A DNA stretch of 63,502 bases, counting the filler, from Circinaria calcarea (taxonomy: Eukaryota), in the NCBI GenBank assembly GCA_051942165.1. It is 17 parts of 17 records of this genome, joined end to end, with 100 filler letters (N's around TTAATTAATTAA, not from the genome) between each part and the next. Parts side by side here need not be neighbours in the genome. Positions count along the whole stretch, not along the records: positions 37,466 to 41,106 come from JAVECS010002705.1; positions 41,207 to 44,845 come from JAVECS010002706.1; positions 44,946 to 48,580 come from JAVECS010002707.1; positions 48,681 to 52,315 come from JAVECS010002708.1; 13 more parts are not named here. The stretch is one strand, 5' to 3'. Made by a program: the position numbers and the translations under genes. Below the pieces are notes generated by a model, which was not told where the DNA came from, did not search any database, and saw only the letters and a list, made by a program, of their open reading frames with translations. Position 1 is the first letter of the stretch; every line of letters begins with the position of its first letter. Below are positions 38,357 through 49,153 of this stretch, piece by piece.

Positions 38357-39799
38357 GGCTCCTGCGATTTCGACTTTTGAGAGACTCCAAAACCCTCGAC
38401 CACCGACGACTCGAAACAAGTTCTAGGATTGCCGCCTTCGTACTCGCCGCATGACCCAAAAGTGCTAGACACGAAGCCCATCCTAAGTTGTCAGCAATTT
38501 CTCTTCCCGCTGCTGGATGAGAAGTACGATAATATCCAGGTTTCTTTAGTATGCAGGTCCCTAAAGCTGTTCTTCGACGGTTGGGTAACTGGCAACACTA
38601 CTGGCGGCTATGGGGCCAGATTACAGCGGAGATAAGAAAATACGGGAAGCGGTAATTAGAGGCGACTAATTGAGGAGGGAAGAATAGCGAGAATAGGGAA
38701 TCCGAAGCCGCCGCTCGCAGTCGAGGCTAGTACGCAGGAGTCCTTTTGGGTGCTTCGTTCTTACTACAATATAAATCAAGTCTTTTGTTTCGGCTATCTA
38801 TATTTTCAAGGCTTCTAATTGATTTGGTCAAGCTATGATTTCTATGTGAGGGGTCTTCCAGTATTATATTGTCGTTTCGACAGCGACTTTTGTGCACCGG
38901 CCTCGATTAGGCCATGATTCGTAGAGGGGTGAACATGGCTGTATGTTACAATCCTATGCCGGCATGATGCTCACGTTTAATAAACAGTGGGAGAGGAGCT
39001 GAGCATGGTAGAGCATCGCAAATGGCAAGAAAGGCTAGACTACTATGGAAATAGACTTGTGTGAGTCGGTGCCAATGAGTGTATGAGGGCACGAGGGGTG
39101 CTCCGTTTCCACTACCTGTTGATCGAGTTTTTGGAGCAGGACTTACCGTTCGAGGTCTTTGTTCTATATGACGAGCTATAGTTTCTGTGTGAGGGGCCCT
39201 CCAGTACCATATTGTTGTTTTCGGCAATGACTTCTGCTCACCTGCCTCGAAAGCAGTTTCTTACAACACCAAACGGCCTGTTTGATATTATTTACTGCGT
39301 CATAGAGTTTGCCTCTTCATATCCTGTGAATCCCTCTGGAAGAGAACTTCACCCGCTTTGGACCTTGTGGTGAATTCGCGGATCGCATTCACTAATGAAT
39401 TCATCCAGTCATCCTGTAACTCAAGGCCCAGCTCCCTTCTCCCCCTTCTCCAAATTTCTTAGACATCACCCACATCACTTCGAACTACATCTTCCTTCGC
39501 AAGTCCACTTCTTGTATCACATATATACTTTCTTATATACAAAAGGATGTACATAGTCTTCTTTCACCTTTATCTTGTCATACATCCCACACCTACTCCC
39601 AACTCGAAGCCTATCTCAATCCCAATAACACCGATGGCTTTTTATATATGATCACAACTAATGCCAAGAGCACCTTCCAAGGTGCACCAGCTTCTTCGTT
39701 GTAAATAGTTTAGTAAAGAAGCATAATCATTGCGTTTATTTTTTCGACGAACTTATATATTCTAGACGTCTTCCGACACTTCTCGAGTTGGCTAGAAAT

Positions 39800-41080
39800 C
39801 TAGTATGATCCTCTTTCAACCTGATATCCTGAACGTCCTACGAAATGGTATATTCAGCTAGGACAAATCCATCCGTCGATCAAGGCCCCAAAGCAAGCTA
39901 GGAGCAACGCCCGCTTTGGATACCTTTGATGAGTACACCACGATGTACGGTTATGGTACGATTCAGGAATACGAAGTTGGCAAAGCTAAAGTTAACGGAC
40001 TAAGCACCATAAACTTGTAAGTTCGCTGTTCCAGGATTTAGTAACAAATACCACACCGGATTCCTTGAAAAGCCTGACAACCTCATAGTTCGTTTTGAAG
40101 TCAATCCGTTGCTATATATATGAGATCACAAAGTTGCCTTTTTCCAATTGGATTCGCACCCCGCGCAGCAGTTGACTATGTCAAAGTTCTGTCAAACGGA
40201 ATCGGCGTAATCACAGGACCAGCTGCCACAGGAAAGACTACTTGGACTAATTTGGTCATTCAACCCTTTCTGTGCAGTCCCACCATTGATCCCGGCAATC
40301 CATCGATTTTTTCCAAGGTGTTCGATTACATGCGAACTCCGGCAAGCTTATTTATGGCTAGTCTGGGCATCAGCCCGAAGAAAGATATTCCTAAGGGAGA
40401 GCAGTCTCGAGTACTTATGTGCACCCCGATAACACACGGGCAAGTGAGCTGGCAGAAAAGGTCATGAGAACCGCTATGACTGATCCTCGGACTAAAAACG
40501 CTATCATTATCCGATTACATGCTGTGGAGACTGAGGTTTCGTACATTTACCAGCATGCACGTGAAGCTGACGTTGAGTATACTCCTCATAAGTTACTCGA
40601 TTTTATCAACCCCAATATTTTGCTAGAATTAGCTGTCGCTCGCGTCATTCTAGACGCGTTCAAGCGTGCTAAAGATTGCCTTTATGGAATGGAGATAGGT
40701 AGTTCATACTGCACTACCTTTGTCTGGCTATGTGAATGCTTCGAATTGCTGGAGTTGTTGACACACCTCTCTACCCGCGCGCTGAACCGGACAAGCATAT
40801 TGTCTTCAGGGACTACTACCGCCGATTCTCTAGTGGTGAGAAACTTGACAAGGATGATATGGTAGAATTCCGAAAGGCGATAAAAGTGCTGCGTGAACGG
40901 ACCATTAGACTGGCCAATGTTGATCGTTATTACGCTCTCCAACACTGGTGCTACTGCAACTTTCGAGAACTTCGACCCGCAACTCGCAGCTCGCTATCCT
41001 CGAGGAAACTGCTCGCACCCTTGAGCCCAATGTGTAGAACATTGCTGGCGCCTACACCCCGTATATATGATGATTGAAGC
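39800..41080 (+). pseudogene. SF1 (Upf1/DNA2/NAM7-like) helicase pseudogene
   Basis: Walker A VITGPAATGKT; motif Ia-like RVLMCTP/DNTRASELA; IIIRLH; Walker B-like ILEETART.EP. Motifs are spread over several frames with stops. Confidence 0.65.
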
Positions 41081-41206
41081 TGATATCAGCTTCGCGGTGT
41101 TCTGTTNNNNNNNNNNNNNNNNNNNNNNNNNNNNNNNNNNNNNNNNNNNNTTAATTAATTAANNNNNNNNNNNNNNNNNNNNNNNNNNNNNNNNNNNNNN
41201 NNNNNN

Positions 41207-41699
41207 AACACCACAAGTGGCTCTCTGAAGAATGCCGTGCTTGGTGTCTTTTTAGATCAGCCATTCTAGCGTAGCTTTTCATGTTCTGGCACTCTGGATT
41301 GTCACAGAAGAAGGGAGGGCCTTGCGGCTTTGGCTCTTGTTCTCTCAATTGGCTTTGTTGCGATTGCAAAGAGCTTCTGCTCTCATCGATGGAGGTATGA
41401 ATGGGGGGGGCTGTGTCCTATGAGAAACATCAGCAAACAGATGGTTGGTTTCATGGAATGGGTAGCCAAACTTCCTCCGGGCTTTGACTACTCCTATTTG
41501 AATCTGAAGATAATTGCTCCTCAGAACTTGATCTTAAAGCAGTCTGTTCGGAGTAATTGTGTAGTGAAGTCCCGACACATAACGAGCCTTTCCACTGGAA
41601 GCTTGGGCAGGCCGTATCAGGTTCGAAGGAGAATTCTCCGTTGACCGTTGCTAAATATCCAAAGTCAAATAAGGTGGGTTCAAATCTGGAGTCCGCCAT
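41207..41699 (-). CDS. C2H2 zinc-finger protein, 5' part, 2 exons
   Basis: FFCDNPECQNMKSYARMADLKRHQARH; in-frame intron GTTTGG..GCTGAT..TAG. Confidence 0.7.
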
Positions 41700-43362
41700 T
41701 ATTGAGCGTCGTGGGTAATAAGTTTACGGTCTCCACCGCTACGAATTGTAACAAAATTCTCTTTAATAGGAGGTCAATCGAGCGTGAAAGCCCACAAAGC
41801 CTTGCCAGTTAATAATTCTAGGTTCTTGACCAGTTTTGCTCGTAGGATAGAACTGAAAGTAAAACTAAGATAACTAGAAAGAAGATCAACCGATGCCCAA
41901 GTAGCAGTAAGTGACCGCAGCTAGAGCTCTCCTTATGTATAGGCATAGCAAGAGGCGTGTCTAAGGTAGTAATAAGGGCTGATGAGACCAGTGCCTTGCC
42001 AGCTCGGAATTACTTTGCCCAATATAAACCACGGCGTCTTTGTAAGATACATATCTTCTAAACACTTCTTCTGGATCGTGTCGGATATGCAGGCTGTAAC
42101 GTCAGTGAGTAGGCGATCATCGGCCTGAACAAGTGAGGGCATACTGATTGGCTCAATCGCAACGGACTGCATAACCCATTCACCAATCAGGCTGACCATC
42201 CCACCAAACGAAGGCTGTGTTTGACCAATCAATGTGACACCCTGCCGTTGGGAGCGCCCTTTTTTCATGTTGTGGTGAGAAACGCCTTTTTCTGTACGCA
42301 CATCTTCCGAAGTTGCCCTTTTCTCATACCACCCTCTACACGTCATGTGTCCAATTGATGCCCTTCCCGAGCAAACGCGCCCTTGAACTGAGAGTCATGC
42401 TGCATCGAATGACAACTGTGCCCCAAACACGCCAGGCTATGATGATCATGCGTTATTGTCTCAGCCTCGCCCGGCATGGTGGCCCCAATGAGAAGCGGTA
42501 AATCTATGTATGCTTAGCTTTGGGAAAGAAAGGAATACGTACTTAGCGGTAGCATGTTATCCTAGGCTGATAATAGGAGGAGGATTTCATAATCCTAGGG
42601 TTATTTCTGACATTCATATATTCCTTAAGCTGTTGTTCTGGTCGACGGATACAAGGCTGGAATTGATCAAGCTAGGTTCGGTCTGTCAGAGCAACAGCTT
42701 AAGGGATATCAGCGACAGCCGTGAGTGCGCGAAAGACTCCAGGCAGGGTTTATAACTAAGAATGGGTTTAAATCCCATTAGCGCTGCTTTTGGTGCCCTG
42801 GTGAATTTCCCGTTATGTTTCTATCAGTACACCTAATGGGAATAGGCCATGGCGAAGAGGTAGAAAGGATTGGACGTCCGTCCTACGGATGTTGGGAGGC
42901 GAGCGGAGATACTATTCTCCGGAGCGCCCTTCCGTAGCTTACCCATGAGTTTGCCGTCCCGCTTGCTTCGTCCTTCTGTTCCATCAACGTCCATTGTTAG
43001 TCCGAACAATCAAAGGATTAATCCATTCGAGCCAGCGTACCTCCTAGCCAAGACCATCTTAGATGCCGGCCGAAGAGTGTGCGGGGAAGTGGGAAGCTCA
43101 GAACAGTAATAGGTAGGGAGAAAAGGGAGGGTAGAGCAGGAAGGCAGCGAAGTTGGGGAATGTGAGATAGACATAGAGACAGTAGACGTTGACAGGTTCG
43201 GGGGATGGGAGGGTATTAGACAGGCATAGTTTGGATCATAGATTGTAGTTTTGGATTCGCGTAGTTAAGTACAGCAGTTTGATCGCTAGTAAAGCTTCTG
43301 ATTTACTTTCGCAATTCACTTCTTTTCCCTACATAGCCGCTCTAGGTTCAAGCCCCCGCCCC

Positions 43363-44140
43363 CTAGTCCTTCGGGAACTTCCTGAACATATCTCCCAACC
43401 TATCCATCGGCGTCGCCAGCAACCCAGCCAAAGTCTCAAAGGGCGGCTTATTCGGTGCACTCGGATGCGAGCGACTTGGAACAAATTTCTTGGTGCGGGC
43501 GAAAGATTTGGAGAGGTCCTCGCTCTCAGCAGTAGTCAAGCCTTCTTCGAGGCCGACGAGGTCTTGGGTTTCCTCCTCTTTGATGTGAGTGGAGAGGTCT
43601 TCCATGAGAGACTTGATGGTGGGCATGAATTTGGGGTCGGAGGGAGAGAGGTTTTGGAACTTGTGGAGCTTCTCCTTGACCTGTGCGTGGCAATGGTTGT
43701 TAGCTGTAGGTACGAATCTTCCAACATGCCCGAGAAGATAAGGCTGGACTATATGAATGGAGTTGGATGGAGTAGCGAGGATTGACTGAGCTTACCACTT
43801 GATGCTCCGCACGGTCTTTCTCCGCTAGATTCTTCCCGCCATTAACGTACTTCTCTAAGGCCGGATACACGACCAATTCCTCGCTAATGGAATGACGGGC
43901 CAGCTCCCAGGTGAATGCGTTCTGATAGCGGACCTTGGTGGCGTCGTCGGTGGCGTTGACAATTTTATCGTAGTATTCTTCAAGCTCACAGTGGTCGTGC
44001 TTGACAGCATCCGAAATGAGGGCTGAGGCAGGTATGGTGCGGGAGAAAGTACGGACACTGGTGATGGATAGAGGTACTGGAGAGATTGACTTGGCAATAG
44101 GGCGTACAGCTGCCTTTATGGGGAGGGAGAACAATGACAT
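43363..44140 (-). CDS. Hemerythrin/HHE cation-binding protein with probable mitochondrial presequence, 2 exons
   Basis: ISDAVKHDH, WELARHSISEELVVYP, DRAEHQ, HIKEEE, PSRSHP; intron 43795-43681. Confidence 0.9.
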
Positions 44141-45377
44141 GGTGGTCAGAGGACGAAGATGATGGAAGAGGAGCGAGATTTAAGAAGACTGACTTGTGAA
44201 AGGCGAGGATGTGATGCAGTGATTGACCTAATCAATCGAGATGGAAACGGAATACCAAACGTCATCCGGAGGGACATCCAGTGTATAATTACATTCACCT
44301 CGAATTGGATTGGCCCTCACCTCTCATTCTGTGCAGAGAGGGTGAAAGTGTGTATCGTCATGATGACGAAGTGTTTTGTTCGAATCAAAAAAATGTCCGC
44401 ATTGACGCCCCAAGGAATCGGAGTTGTAGCCGAGTCATAGAGTACCGGCGGCTGCTGTTACCTACTTGCCTGGCTTAATGGGAGAATTGCAGATAGAAAG
44501 ATACCTTATACTGTATTTTTGCGCGATGGCCGGACGTTATATGATTAAGTGCATTAAGTTTAGGGATGTGCTTCAAGCTTTAAGCAGTCACGAGATCACG
44601 CTTTTGGCATCAAGCGCGCCCCTTGCATGTGCGCGCAAAAATCAACTTGAGGTAACATGGTGCTTTATCTACGAACAAGCCCTATCTGATCCCACTTTGA
44701 GAGTAACTTGATGACCTCGCAACTACCCAGTCCGCTCAGCAATCCGTTCATCAAATATTCAGTTGCGCCTTCCGTGCTCAACCGAAGTCACTATATTGTG
44801 CGTCTATTTTCCATTTGTCTTCTGACGCTTGGCACGGTGTTCGGGNNNNNNNNNNNNNNNNNNNNNNNNNNNNNNNNNNNNNNNNNNNNTTAATTAATTA
44901 ANNNNNNNNNNNNNNNNNNNNNNNNNNNNNNNNNNNNNNNNNNNNTACTTTTGCTGTCTCATCTCCTTCCAACTATAAACCTTCCAACGCTGTTGTAGAA
45001 CCCCAACTGGGATGTTTCGATCATCGCCAATCTATATGTACCAAGCTCTGCTACAGAGGAACTTCCTCCACCGTTCCATCACCAGCCTAATCAATTATCA
45101 CTCGGGAGCGACTCGGGTAGTCCTCTAACGGCGGGATCTTTCTCAATATAATTGTATTTGACTCTGGTAGTCACACTTAATACCTAATCACTAATCGTAT
45201 TTATCCACGGCTTCGCTATACACGTCCTCTCCTTGTATCTACTTGACGACCTCGCAACAAGCATCTTTTCACATATACTTCCGTTTAACGAGTTGTTCTT
45301 TTCGTCTAGCATCAAAGTCTCTCATTGTCTCTACGCTTATAGACCCTCTCATAATCTCTTCCTTATAGCCCGTCACA

Positions 45378-45886
45378 ATGACGAAAACGATGGTAATATC
45401 TACTGTCCTCTTTTTGATCACTGCCACATTTGCTTCACCCGCTCAAAGTATGCATCCTACACACCTGCAAACTTCAATAGCTAACAGCTATGCAGTCGTC
45501 ATGAGGATACCGGCCGACGCCATGCTCGAGTATCGCTCAGTCTTTGATTCGGCTCCTCTGTTCGCCGACCTCAGCCACATATCACCCCGAAATATTGCTG
45601 GCTTCAATCCCTACGCCGTTCCACTGTCCATGGCAGGGAGGCCACTACGCAATATTCAGGGAGGTATTCGGATTTGAGTGAATGGCTCAATGGCTCAATA
45701 TCGTGCTACCGAGGACACCCTCTCCCCTTAGTATGTGGCAACGCATGTCACGCTTTCCGGGTCGGTCATGATTTCATAGGTCTCATGGGAGCTACTGAGA
45801 AAAAGGGCTGCTGGTCCGTCTTTGTTGCTGAGAATGACTTTTCATCAGTCAAAGTGAACCAAACGACAACGATGGGCAAGATATAA
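45378..45886 (+). pseudogene. Small secreted-type gene, possibly frameshifted
   Basis: Signal peptide; 48-nt GTATGC..GCTAAC..CAG intron; stop at 45675-45677, with a Cys-containing frame continuing in another phase near a duplicated AATGGCTC. Confidence 0.3.
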
Positions 45887-46827
45887 AATAGCTAATAAGA
45901 TAATACGAAATACAAAGTTATGGATAATGATCTAATATCTGTCTGAGCTTTACTTGTCACTTGATCTCACACGGTTGGACTCCACCAGCTGATTGCTTGC
46001 CTTTATCCCCTCTGGGAAGCAGCTCGGCAGATCTTCTCTTTCCGGTCATGATACCTTTCCATCTGAGCCTCTTACGCAGCACATTGCACGACAGAGTAAG
46101 ATACCGTGTTTGGCGTGTTGGAGAAAAGGATAAACGGAAGTCTACGTCTGGATCGCTAGAATCCCCAATGCACCGCTAATGGCTAACTATAACAGCCAGT
46201 TCATACTTCTAGTTCGATCACAATGCAGCAGGAGGTGGAAACTTGCAATGAGTGAAAATATGATTGGGCATACAGCGGGAAAACAACGTCCATTGTGCAG
46301 ATGCGCTTGCATTGATAGTATCTCATAGAATACATCCCGCACTTTTCCATCTCATCCAACCTGTCATGAACAAGGCAAACTCTCCGACTGGTCCGTATAA
46401 TGGATGTTAGCGTCGCAGACGGGCTATCTTACAAACCCGGTACTCACAACCCCTGTTCTTATTCTTTGCGTTCATCTTGTTTGGTCCAGTATCACATCTT
46501 GAATTCAACCACAAACCTCATCTCATTCTGCGTCAGCCGACGCTGGAAAGAACTTCCAGTAGACAGCTGTGTAGTTGTACATCCTGTCCAAAATTTGTGC
46601 ATGCCAAGTAGGTGCAGCACTCTCATGCGAAGTTTAGTGTATTATTTATTACAAAGGGATCTCACGCTCAGATCTGATTTTCAGCCCCAGACCTGGCGTT
46701 TTGCCTAATATATGATCTGCACATCTCTAATTTTGAATACTTCCTCTTGCATTCATAATCTTATATATGATCCAGCAGCTGACCCCCTATCTAGGCCCAG
46801 AGCCAAGATACCACCAGTCTGACCAGG

Positions 46828-47602
46828 ATGGAGCCACCCAAGCCACGATGTAATCCGAGTGGTGAGTACCTAGCCACTGTTCTTCGTATGAAGCTTATAC
46901 TCAAGCCAGATGTCCCTACGATGATGACGGTTCCCAGCAAGCCTTTTCCCATTGAAATCACCTCAAGAGCTGCGCTATGCTATCTGGAAGATGGTCCTCT
47001 GTCCTGAAAAACAGCCGCTTCGTATGAAACCTCCAGGCTTGTCTGTTGTGCGATATCCGGCAAATTCTCTACTGCGAGTGAACAAGGCGATCCGTCTTGA
47101 GGCGGCTTCTATCTACTTTCTCTACAACGACTTCAGCTTTGGCCGTATCGATAATTTATTCGCATTCATGATCACCGTCGGTGCGACTGGTCGCAATCAA
47201 ATCCGCAAAATCACCTTCGACTGGCGCGTCAAACACTGCACTGTCGCCGAAAACGCCTTCAAATGGCTTCGCTTCTGCCCAATGCTCCGCCAGCTTACCA
47301 TCCACATTGGGGGCTACAGCTCCTCGAACCAGAACCCGGAGCGTGAGGACTGGACGAAGCTCATGGGGTTGCACTTTCTCCTGCAGAAACGAGGGCTGGA
47401 GACGATCAACGTGGTCCCAGCACGTGGATGGTCCAAGAAGGGCTTGATGCACGAAGAAGTGTTGGCCAGCGATTTCGAGGCTGCACTCCAGGAGATGAAG
47501 GAGAAAGGTCGACCGAGAGGTATGTACCGCAGCATGACGAAGCTTCGGCTGGGGGAAATCCAGGCATTGACTGAGAGCCGCGGAGCGGACTTGGGTTACT
47601 GA
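46828..47602 (+). CDS. F-box-like N-terminus protein (LxxELRxxIW..LLRVNKxIRxEA..NxF type); 5' end uncertain
   Basis: PQELRYAIWKMVL..LLRVNKAIRLEAASIYFLYNDFSF..IRKITF..LRQLTI. Confidence 0.6.
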
Positions 47603-48281
47603 GAAATCATGGGTAGCGAGCAGGAAAACGATTGGGGTACTGAGAATTCATGGGTTGCAGCGAGAAGGGCACACATTTGGGTAAAAAAGTCTACCTTTAG
47701 GTGGCAAGAACGGGGCAGAATTGGGGTCCTGAGGCATCATCCCAGCCCGAGTCTGGTAAAATCCTAAAAAGCTATATCTGCTCGTGGGGTAGGTAGACAC
47801 TCCGAGCGAAACTAGGAAACTCTAGTATCTTATCCACCTACTTGCCAACCATCACCGACCTGGTTGGATAGAAGGCAGACATTAAATAATTCACTGAACC
47901 TTAGTAAACAATGATACCTATGGCCGAGTCTTTTTCTACACAGTACTCGGCGACTGGATACTCGGTAGAAGAGCCGAGGGTAGCCGCTTTGAAAACGAGC
48001 TTGTCCACTAGAGTACTAGCTTCTCCGTCGGACCTACCTCGGATAAATGATGGATAAGTGACGTTATTTTTCTTTATCGGAACGAACATGGATTGGCGAA
48101 AGATTGCGGATGCAGGTTGCTTATTCACCCAATCCAATCCAATCCAATCTTGCATCCCAGAGAAGGACTTTAAGGGCAGCTCCAATTCCATCTTGGACTA
48201 CCATCCCCTCCAGCTCCAGGACTCCCAATCATCCCACCCAATTGCCGAAACACTTTTTACTTCCAGCTTCCTCTTTTCGAG

Positions 48282-48580
48282 ATGGATGGCTTTGATCGGG
48301 ATCTGGAGAAGGCGGAGCGGGATGCGAGCCCAGAAAGGTTTCCGCCCCGCAAGAGCGAGGAGATTGAGCACCTCCAGAGGAACGTTACCGCCAGCTCAAC
48401 GTCTACCGGATCCACCTCCTCCAGGTCAGTCAGACGGGAAGAAATGGGCATGTCGAGAGTCAACACAGCGCGGGATCTGGAAAGACATCCAACGGCATTG
48501 AGCCGGATACAAACCCAACGAAGCCAGCACACCTTGACGGTTGGGCGCAGTTTGAAGTCACGGGAATCGAAGAAGCCTCT
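48282..48580 (+). CDS. MFS multidrug (DHA1-like) transporter, cytosolic N-terminus only
   Basis: DLEKAE..LERHPTALSRIQTQRSQH..TVG..SRESKKP resembles N-tails of this family; no TM segments are visible before the contig ends. Confidence 0.6.
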
Positions 48581-48680
48581 NNNNNNNNNNNNNNNNNNNN
48601 NNNNNNNNNNNNNNNNNNNNNNNNTTAATTAATTAANNNNNNNNNNNNNNNNNNNNNNNNNNNNNNNNNNNNNNNNNNNN

Positions 48681-48891
48681 CCCCAAAGCCCCCCTTCAAA
48701 TCATAAATTAGCGTCCTCGGTAGATAAGTCTCCGCACCATTGAGCCCGATTCCGGCGCGGAAATGCACGTCGTGATCGATGGGCGAAGGAGGGGCGGGCG
48801 GGTACGTGTGGTAGGACTCCTGCGTGTTCCAGTAGTGGGCGGAGAGGTAGTTGGCGCGCTGGCCGAGCTGGAGGGTGAGGATCTCGTGCAT
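48681..48891 (-). CDS. DML1: Misato/Dml1 tubulin-like protein, 5' fragment
   Basis: [38 protein letters not shown]. Confidence 0.92.
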
Positions 48892-49153
48892 TTTGGGAGG
48901 TTGGTAGAATATGTGATCTGGTGGAGGGGGCAGGAGGGAAGATTTCTGCACCAGTATTTGGGGGTCGGATGGCGTTTGTTTGAGCTCGCTAATTCTAGTT
49001 TACCCTAATTCTGACGGCGTTTGACAGCTGCAAATATTTCAGTTGATTGACCGATACTCTAGAGGGACTCATTTGGGCTGGTAGCTTTCATTCATGTCTT
49101 ATACATCTAAGGTTATGTATGCCCCAAATACTCTATTGCTCATCAACATTACT

